The translations under genes and the position numbers were made by a program. Shown piece after piece: positions 50,102 through 64,000 of a stretch of DNA of 64,000 bases; within the stretch, counting starts at the first letter, position 1, and every line of letters starts with the position of its first letter. Source of the stretch: the human T2T-CHM13v2.0 reference genome, Homo sapiens; NCBI RefSeq assembly GCF_009914755.1, contig NC_060932.1. One strand, written 5' to 3'. Below the pieces are notes generated by a model, which searched no databases, was not told where the DNA came from, and saw only the letters and a list, made by a program, of their open reading frames with translations.

Positions 50102-50107
50102 TTTACT
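50102..50107 (-). terminator. Candidate WASHC5 polyadenylation signal (variant AGTAAA)
   Basis: Variant hexamer about 330 nt past the stop; I saw no canonical AATAAA on the minus strand closer to the stop. Confidence 0.5.
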
Positions 50108-50437
50108 GAAAATCTGGAGTTGCACAAATAGTTCTTTAGAACATAAAACTAAATGGATTTATACATAACAGTTACATTCAGCATTTAAGAGAGGCAGTAC
50201 AAAAATGTGTTCTGCTTTTATCTGATATAAATTGCATGTAATACCATGATTTAAACAATATCAGTTATATTAACTAATGCCATGAGATATATCTTACTCA
50301 GAACGTCTGATGTTTCCCATAATAGACAGAAAAAATGCAGTTGTATGAGCAACTGAGTTTCTTTTCATCTTCAAATTCATTTGTGATGGTGGGAAGATCT
50401 AAGGACAATCCTTCCATTGAAGAAGTAGGAAAAACAG

Positions 50438-50494
50438 TTACAGCACTGTTCTGAACTCATCAAAAATGAAATTAGGCACATGTGCTTCAGCAAC
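50438..50494 (-). CDS. WASHC5: WASHC5 (strumpellin) last coding exon, VAEAHVPNFIFDEFRTVL*
   Basis: Acceptor tttcag|GTT; TAA stop; matches the strumpellin C-terminus. Confidence 0.95.
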   Translation of the reverse strand, partial: VAEAHVPNFIFDEFRTVL

Positions 50495-51159
50495 CTGAAA
50501 AATTAAAGAATTAAATTATTCATGGTGTTATAGTTGAACAATTACAAAATTTTCATACGTAAAAGAAAAGATATCCTTGGAGCAAGGTGAATAATAGAAG
50601 AGGAGACTCCCATGGGCGGACGACTCCTTGAAACAGCCCCTTTCTGCTTGTGGTGCCCCCTAGACTAGCGTCTCATTTCTTGGCACTGCTAACATTTGAG
50701 GGGATGCAGTACAGCTCTCCCGCCTCCAAATCTGAGCTTCTTGGCTCTTAAAGGTACCTTGATCTGCGAGGAATGTTCTTGCCTCTGGGAAGTACTGACA
50801 AGTACTCAGGTCACCTAATACACTTCATTAACTGATGACCAACAAGGAAGAACAGGATGGCTGGCAAGTGATGGGGTTGGAGAGGTAGGGGAGGGCAGGA
50901 ATGAGAATGAGATACCAAGGCCAGAAGGGGAAGAGCAGGAAGGCCTTCAGAGGCATGCATTCCTGAACTGTTCTTGGGCAAAGCCCTGAGAAGACTAAAT
51001 TGGGCTCAGTTGGGTAGAATGTAGAGGTAGGTGATCTCCAAGTGCTGGAGATGAGTATTTTTTAGAAGCAGTGTTTAATTTTTTTTCTGATCATAAAGGT
51101 ATAACCTGCTAATGAGAGGAAATTTAGCAAATGCAGAAGAGTATAAAAATTATTTTTAC

Positions 51160-51565
<406 letters not shown>

Positions 51566-51654
51566 AATATTTTTTTAATCTTAATCCCTTAAAGAAAATA
51601 AAAACTGGCAACTTTTGTAATGAATTTTTCCAGTTTACTTACATATGCAGACAG

Positions 51655-51681
51655 ACACACACACACACACACACACACACA
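51655..51681. repeat. (CA)n microsatellite
   Basis: About 13 CA units. Confidence 0.9.
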
Positions 51682-53069
51682 ATCAAAATTAGGATCACAT
51701 AATATTGTGTCCTTCTCTACCTCTGCTAAATCTTATATTATGAACATCCTTGGGCACATATCTTGGTAAACCTTTGCACATATATCCAGCAGGTAAAATT
51801 CCTAGCAGTGGAATTGCTGGGATCAGGGTAAGTATATTACAAATGTTTTTTTAAAATAGATAAAGCTAAATTGCCCTCCTCAAAGGCTGTCAATTTACAT
51901 TCCAATTAATAGCACTTACAAGTCCCATTTCTCCAAATGCTTCCGAATAATGGGGGCCCAACATTTTACCTTTCACCAACCTGATAAGTGGAAACAGTAA
52001 TTTTCGTATTTGGATTTTTGTCCCTTGAATCCGAAGGTTTGTCATTTCTATTTTCTTGAAAACTGCCTCTTAATTTCCTTTGCCCTTCCCCTGCTTTTTT
52101 TCTATTGGCTTGGACATCTTTTTCATACTGAACTTGAAGATTTGAAGAGCACACTATAAATCAAGAAACTAGTCCTTTGTTGGTATTTCCTCTTTTGTCT
52201 TTTGTTTTTTAACTGAGACACTGACACAGAATTAATTACATTCAGCATTTATAAAAAATCAAGTCTCTAAATCTTTTTCTTTATAGTTTCTTCTTTTGGT
52301 TTTATACTTAGGAATTTCTGAGAGCTGATACATATTTGCCTAAAATTTCGGCTAATTTATTTGTTTCATATTTCACACTAACCCTTTATCTGTAATTAAT
52401 TTTGATAACATAGGAGATGTAAAGGGGACTAAGTTGCTATTTTTTTAACTGTGTGAACTTACATCTATTGACTAATATTCCCTTTCTCTCTTAATTTGAG
52501 ATGCTACTTTTCCTTATGTACCATTGTATGCACAGGGTGTGTTTCTAGGCTACATATTCTTGCTCATTGTTCCTTCTATTTAGTTGCATACCAGTAGCAC
52601 CCTATTTTGGTTTCTACAGTTTTACAGTGTTTTAATACTTGATATAATATTTTAATATCTTTTTTTTAAAAAAGGACTTGCCTAAGTCCTATGACATTTT
52701 AAAAAATATATTCTTTGAAGTTAAAAAAGTACCTGAAATCTTGATTGTAACTGCAGTAAACCTATAAACTAGATAGAACTATTATCTCTGTAATATTCGA
52801 GGACCCTCATTCAGAAACATGGACTTTCAAATTTTATATTTAAAATTTTTATAGTTTTTTAATAAAGTGTTCTTTCATATTTCTTATAGAGGTTATTCTT
52901 AGCTATATCATTGCCTTGTTATTTCTGTGAATAGGTCCTTTTTCACACTGTATTTTTTAATCGATTGATGTATTTCATACATTTATTCTGTAGCCAGCTT
53001 GTTTTCTGATCTCTGTATTATTTTGATAGTTTTTCACATGATTCTATTGGGTATTCAAGGAAGACAGTT

Positions 53070-53605
53070 ATGCAGCAATCCCACTACTGGGTAACTACCC
53101 AGAGGAAAAGAAGTCATTATTCAAAAAAGATACCTGCACATGCATGTTTACAGCAGTACAATTTACAATTGCAAAATCGTGGAACCAACCTAAGTGTCCA
53201 TCAATCAATGAGTGGATAAAGAAATTGTGATATATACATACGATGGAATGCTACGCAGCCATAAAAAAGAATGAATTAACAGCATTTGCAGTGACCCGGA
53301 TGAGACTGGAGATTATTCTTACAAGTGAAATAACTCAGGAATGGAAAACCAAACATCGTATATTCCTACTGATATGTGGGAGCTAAGCTATGAGGACGCA
53401 AAGGCATAAGAATTATACAATGGACTTTGGGGACTTGGAGGGAAGAATGGGAGGGGAGTGAGGATAAAATACTACAAATATGGTGCAGTGTATACTGCTC
53501 AGGTGATGGGTGCATCAAAATCTCACAAATCACCACTAAAGAACTTACTCATGTAACCAAATACCACCTGTATCCCAATAACTTATGGAAAAATAGAATA
53601 AAAAA
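53070..53605 (+). mobile_element. L1PB-like 3' end
   Basis: gcaatcccactactgggt...ggaaccaacctaagtgtccatca...aaatcaccactaaagaactt; flanked by aaggaagaca. Confidence 0.85.
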
Positions 53606-54430
53606 GGAAGACAATTAATCTCAAATAATACAGAGTTTGTCTTCTTTCCAATATGCATTTTATTTTCATTTCATTTCTTATTGTCTTGCACCTGTATAAC
53701 AAAAGTAGTTGCAAGAGTCTGTATAGTTGTCATGACACTGTGACAGTCCTGGCTTTAATGGGAATGCCACTAACATTTCACTATTATGTACTGACATTGC
53801 TAGTTAATTTTAAAAGTTCATCTTTGGCTCATGTTGTAAGAAAGTATCTTTGATTCCTAACCTACTAATTTCTAAAAATCAAATGATTTTCAGTATCTGC
53901 TGAAAGTTGTATTTTTCAGTATCAAGCTCTCCACTTTGAGCTAAAATTTAACAAAGTGGAATTACTAATGAGAAAGGGATAGGAAAGAATGTCTTGGCAG
54001 GTAAAAAGTAGTCTGCCATTTTTGGAAACAGTGCTCATATATACATTTAGTTGTGGCATGAACTTAACTGTGCTTGCTGTGGGAACCAGGTCAGTGGAGA
54101 GAGAAAGAACAAACCACCATGATTATTTCTTTCCTCTGGCCACTTAAGGAATCTCTCCTGGCTTGCCTATTTCACTTAACTCCTGAACCAGATGAGTTGC
54201 TGACAGGAGTACATGGTGGAGAGGAAGAAGAGGCGGGAGGGGCATTGTGTTAAACTCTGCAAGGCAATTCCCATGGTGGAAAAGGCAAGGACATTTCAGA
54301 GCTGGGGGTAGAGCAGTGGCGAGAGGCGCAGAGGCATCTACTGTGAACGACCTATTGGGCTTCACTCCTGATGAATCCAGGGCCACTATTATTAGCATCT
54401 TTTTACAACTATTAATATTGTTCTTTACTA

Positions 54431-54547
<117 letters not shown>

Positions 54548-54731
54548 TTAGATCAATTAACTGCTTTGCACATCATAAGCCCTTTTGGTCAGAATCCTGA
54601 AAGACTAAATTACCAACAGATTACCTAATGAAGTCAAAGATGAACAAAAACATTGAGCATGCTCTTAATTCCTGTCAAGTTGTTACCTTGCTCATGTATT
54701 TTCAGGAGCCCACCCCATAGGGTAAATGTGA

Positions 54732-55179
<448 letters not shown>

Positions 55180-56404
55180 CTAGACATTGTTCGAGTCTCA
55201 GCTTGGGTACTTCTCCTGTGGAATCCTCCCTGATTCTCCTGGGCTGTCATAATAGTTAGCAGCATTCTCCAAGCCTCTTAATTTTTCAATGGTGTGCTGG
55301 GTTCCCATCAGGAGTATAAACTCCTCGAGGGCCTAGGTCATATGTTCATCTTTGTTTCTCCAGCATCTGGAAATGTGCTTGGCATGTACTGCATATTTGA
55401 GGGTATCAAATAAATACAGCATCTAGCAATTTTTCATATGGGATTTTACTCATGTATTCATTCATTCAGCAACTACAGTGCCAAGCACTGTTCCAGAGCT
55501 GGGAATACAGCAAAGTACATGCCAGGCTCCTTATAGAGCTAACGTTCCTTCTTGTTTACATCAAAAGGAGTTTTTAGGTGTTAAAACGATTTCCAATTCC
55601 TATACCAATTGACATTTTCTAATTAACAAATAACTTTTAGTACTATTAATACATTACTGGTTAATTTCGCTGATGAACTTTGCTTTTTGAATGGGTTAAG
55701 AATGACTGTACCTGGAAAAATTCTCCCTGCTCTCAATCTTTCAATCTGTGACCAGGGCTATATTTGCTCTGCTTGGAGCAAGAGAAAGGAAGGAATTCCC
55801 ATGCGTCACAGGTTCCTTAGATTCCTTTGCTCTGCTGAATCAGAAAGCCTGACTTACAGCTGGTCTCCTGTAGCCTGATCACCACCCTCAGGGTTGCCAA
55901 TAACATGCTGGACTAGAGCCACACTTAAGCCTTTACTGCCATTAGTGAAAAAGAAAGAGAGGAAGAAGAACCTGTCCAAGTTGACAGCTAGGGAGCTACA
56001 ATTGGGACAGCCAGTTGTGTGGAGGTTACTTGCTAATCACCTCCGCACCACCTGAACTGGAGTCCTTCCCCTCCTCTCTGGGAGCCTGGGCCAGAGGCGC
56101 TGGGTTTTTATGAGCCTACTGCTTTCCTTGCCAACTGACCTCACTTCGTGATTGTTACAATTTCATTTTTGAGACTTTGAGTTCTCCTCTATTTTTCAAT
56201 TGTTAAAAAATCTTGTTTCTGAAGCAAGTCTTAACATCTATCCCAGGAAAACACCAGTGTTTGTTGTTCGATTCATTAACTAAGAGGAGGAGGAGCTGGC
56301 CTGACTGCAGCTCACGGGAAATAACGACATTGGGGTTTAGAAAGAATGCAAAATCAGTAGGAGCCACTGGTATGCACTGGATGTCAAGAAACCCATCACT
56401 GCAA

Positions 56405-56483
56405 AGCCGAGATCACGCCACTGCACTCCAACCTGGGCGACAGAGCGACTCTTTCTCATAAAAAAAAAAAAAAAAAAAAAAAA
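56405..56483 (+). mobile_element. Severely 5'-truncated Alu with poly-A
   Basis: Only the last ~55 nt of Alu plus A tail; TSD catcactgcaa at 56394-56404 and 56490-56500. Confidence 0.85.
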
Positions 56484-56569
56484 AGGACTCATCACTGCAA
56501 TTGTAGCTGCTGTACTGTCCACAGAGGGCCCAGAATGAAGACGTGTAATACTCCTCTGTGCCAAGGGGA

Positions 56570-57060
56570 GGGCTGTGCTTGGAATCTCAATACAAGTTTG
56601 GGAAGCCACATTTTAAGATGGTCAAAAACAGACTGGAACACCCAGAAAAAGTCACTCACTATGGTGAGCAGCCTCTAAACTGCAAGACATCGGGAACAGG
56701 TGGAAGGGGCTTATCTAAACATTGAGAAGACCTAAGACAACAGATGGCATACAAAATCGGAAGTGATGTTGCAAAGGAGGGAGACTGCATTATTCTGTAT
56801 GATTTCAAAAGGTAGGAAAAAGCTCAGCGAGTGAAACATCCAGAGACACAGGTTCTAATAATCACAATCAGGAACTTTCTAATGAGAACAAGACTTAGCC
56901 AGTGGACTGTGCTGCCTGGAGAGGTAGCACAAGCCCCCTCGGTGAGAGTGTTCCAGCAGTGGCTGCATGACTACCTGTCAAGGATGTCCTAGAGCTCATT
57001 CATGCACTTAGTGGGAGGTCAATTAAATGACCTCGAAAATCATTTCCACTTTTAGGACTT
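56570..57060 (+). mobile_element. L3/CR1 LINE 3' fragment
   Basis: ccacattttaaga...actggaaca...atggtgag motif typical of CR1 3' ends. Confidence 0.6.
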
Positions 57061-57099
57061 AGTAGTATTTTGTGTGGACTTAGAAGATCACTTTGGTTC

Positions 57100-57385
57100 G
57101 TTTTATTTTTTTTGAGATGGAGTCTCGCTCTGTCACCCAGGCTGGAGTGCAGTGGCATGATCTCAGCTCACTGCACCTCTGAGGCCTCCTGGGTTCAAGC
57201 AATCCTCCTGCCTCAGCCTCCTGAGTAGCTGGGATTACAGGTGGCCACCACTACATGTGGTTAATTTTTGTGTTTTTTTAGTAGAGATGGGGTTTCACCA
57301 TGTTGGCCAGGCTGGTCCTGAACTCCTGACCTCAAGTAATCTACCCAAAGTGTTGGGATTACAGGCTTGAGCCACTGTGCCCAGC
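57100..57385 (-). mobile_element. AluS
   Basis: Antisense Alu. Confidence 0.88.
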
Positions 57386-58018
57386 CGCTTTGATTCGTTT
57401 TTTACATTATAGTGGCAAAAATGACCAAGCAAACATGACAGCAAAGGTTGCAAAGGTTATTTAGCCAGGCTGACCCTTTAGGATAGCAGAGAAGGAGGCA
57501 CAGGACCCAGCATCTCATGGAAATAACTTTTTTTTCTTTATCCCAGAAAAGCCACATTTAGGGGCAGGGGAAAAGAACTGGCAGGAATTAAAGTTTTATA
57601 AGCATTGTATCAAATAGCAACTCTTGTGAAATTTGCTTCTCTACATGCAGACACTGCCCAGGCTTTGACACACTGATATGTTCTCTGACTCCCACTGAAG
57701 TGAGTGGAATCATCTCTTGGCAGTGGCCCAGCAGGAGTGCAGGGGCTCGCTGAGATTGAAGAGCTGCATCCAAGAGTGCAGAGGAACAGGGCTGCACTTT
57801 CTTCCCCATGGTAGTTACTATTCATGGTCCTGAGTCACTCCTGGAAAATCACTGTGAGTAGACCGGATGGAGTTCCCCTGGCAGGGTGACTAAGGATGGA
57901 CACACCTGTAATTGCTCTAAACAAGGAGGTATGCCCTGACTTGCTTTACAGAGAAGGGTGAGCAACCATTTCCCATCTCTATTAGGGCGATAAGAGGAAT
58001 TTGGTAATGTGAGGTTTA

Positions 58019-58276
<258 letters not shown>

Positions 58277-59040
58277 TCATTAAATACCAACGCTGTGAAG
58301 GTCAAAATGTTTGGGGCCCATATTCTCGCTGGCAGATGATATTTTGGAGGGAATGACAATTCTGGGCCATATTTTGAATTAGCCACAGGATTGGTAGGGC
58401 ATTCCAGGGGTCTGAAGGATTCAAAACCAATAAAACGGTTACTAAATTTTGTAATTATCATTACTGGTTCTTTTGAATTACTCAATTAACATATATTATT
58501 GTAGCAATTTTTAAAGATACAGATAAATGTAAATGAGAAAAAAAATCACTACAACTGACTTCTGTTAACGGCAGCATGACATACTAGATACCCTGAACTA
58601 CTATCTTAAGTGAAAAGCTGGATAAAATACTTTTAGGGTATCTTTAAACAAATGTTGAGTAATATATATACATAAAGAATCTGCAGAAATCAAGAGTGGA
58701 AGAAGGATATTTATGAAGTGAATGAGTATCAAAGCTGGCCTTTACACTAACGATTTTTTAAAAATTGGAGATGGGGTCTTGCTATGTTGCCCAGGCTGGA
58801 GTGCAGTGGCTATTCGCAGGTGCAATCACAGCACATTATAGCCTTGAATTCCAGGGCTCAAGCTGGGACTATAGGTGTGTACCACTGCACCTGGCTCTAC
58901 ACTAAAGATTTCTGCCAAAATGTGGAGACCCTGACCTCTGCCTGGGTGGCTGCATGGGAAACCAGAGACAGAGATTAGGGTCTTCCAGAAGAAACACAAT
59001 GTTGAAAAAGAACAGTGTTGGGAAGGTTTAGGTTGCCTGA

Positions 59041-60480
<1,440 letters not shown>

Positions 60481-62218
60481 TGGTTAGACAGACCCTCAGG
60501 TCCCATATTTGACTTCTTGTGAAGACCGGAAAATCTTCCCCAAACCAGAGAAGCCTAAACAAGTGATCCTGAATAACCTAACCTAGGCCTTGGCAATTCA
60601 GAACATGGAGGAAGAATCCTAACAGGACTCAGTATGGAGAAATAATCCTTTCCAGGTGGAAAGCAAGAGTGATGTTAACAACAAACACTTCTACAACTAG
60701 CACTACACCACGAAGCTTCTTTCTTCAAACACAGACCAAGCCAGGTATGCATTTCATAGGCCAATGCTGAGAACGGTGTTTACAAGGTTAAATAAATGTT
60801 TTTCGGATATACAGTTTCAAGGCTCTCTTTACAGTTTCAATAATCAAGACATTATTGGCATAAGAAAAGACAAACACATCAATGGAACAGAATAGTCTAG
60901 AGATAGTCTCACCCTTATATGAGCAACTGAATACCCACAAAGATACCAAACAATTGTTCCTTCCTCAGTCCTACTGTAATTTAGTTCCTGCATTAACACA
61001 TCAGTCTTATTGATGAGAAGAATTATAGTCAGTTATAAACACCACATTTCTAGGATACATAAAGATTTTGTTGTGTTATGTTTTAAGATCTGGGAATTCC
61101 AGGGAGAGTGATACTTTCCATAAGCAGCTTTACAATCAAGGTGCCAGGCCCTAATCATATACACAATGAAAAAAAAATTAGAATGAGAAGTCAACAAAAA
61201 GTTATTCTTTAATGAAAAGAAGGTTCTTTCTGCACTGACAGTTCATTATCAAGAATCATATATTCCTATTGAATAATAACATAGAACAGAGAGAGAACAT
61301 GAATCTCTGAATCTTCAGATGAACCTTTACATTACACTTGGGATGGCCCTTTAAATTGATTTTGACCAATATATAGAAAGGGACTCAGCACCTGTTGGGC
61401 ACTCAGTTTGCGGTGACTTGGCCAAAGTCACATAGGTGATAAGTGGTGAAACCAGATTCCAAACACACATTGGTTCCCTCCCTCCTACAGCAAGTATTGT
61501 TTGAGGAGATCATGCTCTGCCTTCTGTGACAATCACAGGCATTGTCATGGAAGCAGTGTCTAGAATCAATGATTACTTTTGAATGAGAGAATAAAAACAT
61601 TAAAGAGATTCCACATTTTCACCCTAAAAAAGCTTATGAAATAGGAAAGTACTGTAAGGAAGAAATATATTTAGGAATCTCTAGTTAAGAAACAATGATT
61701 ACATTTGTAGAAATGCTCTTATAATGCTTTTAAAGTAAACTAAAGTCTATAGTGGATTTTTAAAAATGTCATTTAGCTGGATACAAAGTTTGAAGGCAGA
61801 GGAAACACTTTGTTATCTATTATGTAACTACAAAAATATTCTGACGAATGACAAAAATAAATTAGGGTTATATTCCTGGAGAGAACAGACATATTGAAAG
61901 GCTTTGGTGTCTCTTGTTTGTACAGAATATTCTGACATACAATCATACATAAAGTATTAAATGTTCATGTATAAATATTAGTCTTATCTCCTTAACTATA
62001 TTGTTACTTTTCCCATCATGGTTCCAGATACACAGCTGGCACATGCATCCTGTTGAAAGAACAGAACATCAACCAAAAAAAGTTTCTTTCACACCACAAT
62101 TAGCTGCCTAAACATTAAAGAAGAGAATCAAAACAAAGGTCCCTCACATTCTACAAGCTGGACAATGAACCCTTACTGAGGTAGACCATACTTTGTTGAT
62201 TTTAAATCCACTGTCTAG

Positions 62219-62875
<657 letters not shown>

Positions 62876-63039
62876 TAAACCCACTGTCTACAGTTCATAA
62901 AAAGGCATTGTATTTCAAAGGCATAAAGACTCGAATTTCATAAACATAAATTTAACTAAGAAAAGATCTCATATCCGACATAGGCATTCTATACAAAAAG
63001 CTATTTAGTTAAATGTTAATCTGTTGGTATTGTTACTCA

Positions 63040-63198
<159 letters not shown>

Positions 63199-64000
63199 TC
63201 ACATTGCACAATACCACAGAACAGGTTTCCAAATGAAAATCTTCCATTTTACTTCAATTTGCTCTTTGGCTTTCCTGAAATGTGGATGGTTCCATTAATT
63301 TGCTGCCTTCAGAGTTTTATTTAACACACCTGGCCCTGGCCACATAAATACCTGTATCATAATTTGCCCTTCTGGGAAGAAAACAATTTTGCTTAGAAAG
63401 ACTTTTCCCCTGAATCCTGTTAATGTCATTAATAAAGGGAGGGAGGAATGAGTGATGAGCAAGAATGGGAGGGGAAGGCAAAATGAAGAGCAGTTGAGGA
63501 AGAGCTGGAGGTGAATATAGGGGGAGTGTGGGAGAGAGAAGAGAGAGAGAGGGAAAGAGGGAAGAAGGAGAGGAGGAGGGAGAGTGAAGGGAAAAGATCC
63601 ATGTAGCAGCGAGTGGTGGTATCTAAGTAGAAAGAGAGCAAAGTTCTTCTTGTCATTTGCTGTCCCCTAGGCAATGTCACAGAGCAGTCTCCCAGATGTC
63701 ACGGCAGAAACTACAGTCAGGGCGTACATGGCCAGGTCCAGACTGCCAGCTGGCCGATTCCATAGGAGACAGGGTAGCACACGGGTCAGAAGCAGGGGCT
63801 CTGGTCAGACTGCCTGGCTCCTCCACTTGCTAGCTGGCCTCTCTGAGCCTCGGGTTCCTCAACTCATAATGGCGTATTTCATAGGGCTTGTTGTGAGATG
63901 AAGTGAGATAATCCACAATCAGGGTTAAGACAGTGCACTTGTTATGCAGTAAATATTCAAGACATTAGCTACTATTCAGGTTTATAATCTTTTATCCAAA

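Noticed and set aside
63470-63600. Purine-rich tract with a Ser/Leu-rich minus-strand ORF
   Set aside because: Low-complexity GA repeat within a WASHC5 intron.

Overview
Primate genomic DNA, most likely human (it carries a young AluYa-type insertion), recognisable as the ZNF572-SQLE-WASHC5 region (8q24.13, recognised from memory, no database search). It contains: (1) both coding exons of ZNF572 (+, 529 aa, 12 intact C2H2 fingers, no KRAB); (2) the complete 11-exon squalene epoxidase gene SQLE (+, 574 aa; all splice phases check out) with its CpG-island promoter; (3) the last four coding exons of WASHC5/strumpellin (-), converging on SQLE about 2 kb away. The rest is Alu, L1, L3, LTR and DNA-transposon sequence. 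I found no convincing new gene system. The most unusual structure is an old ERV-L provirus that starts almost exactly at the primer-binding site, has no 5' LTR, and is flanked by a ~400-bp diverged host duplication instead of a 5-bp TSD. The next is an upstream ATG-CTG|GTGAGG element in the SQLE leader that is either a uORF or, if spliced, the start of a degron-less SQLE. Repeat boundaries are approximate and subfamily names were assigned by eye.
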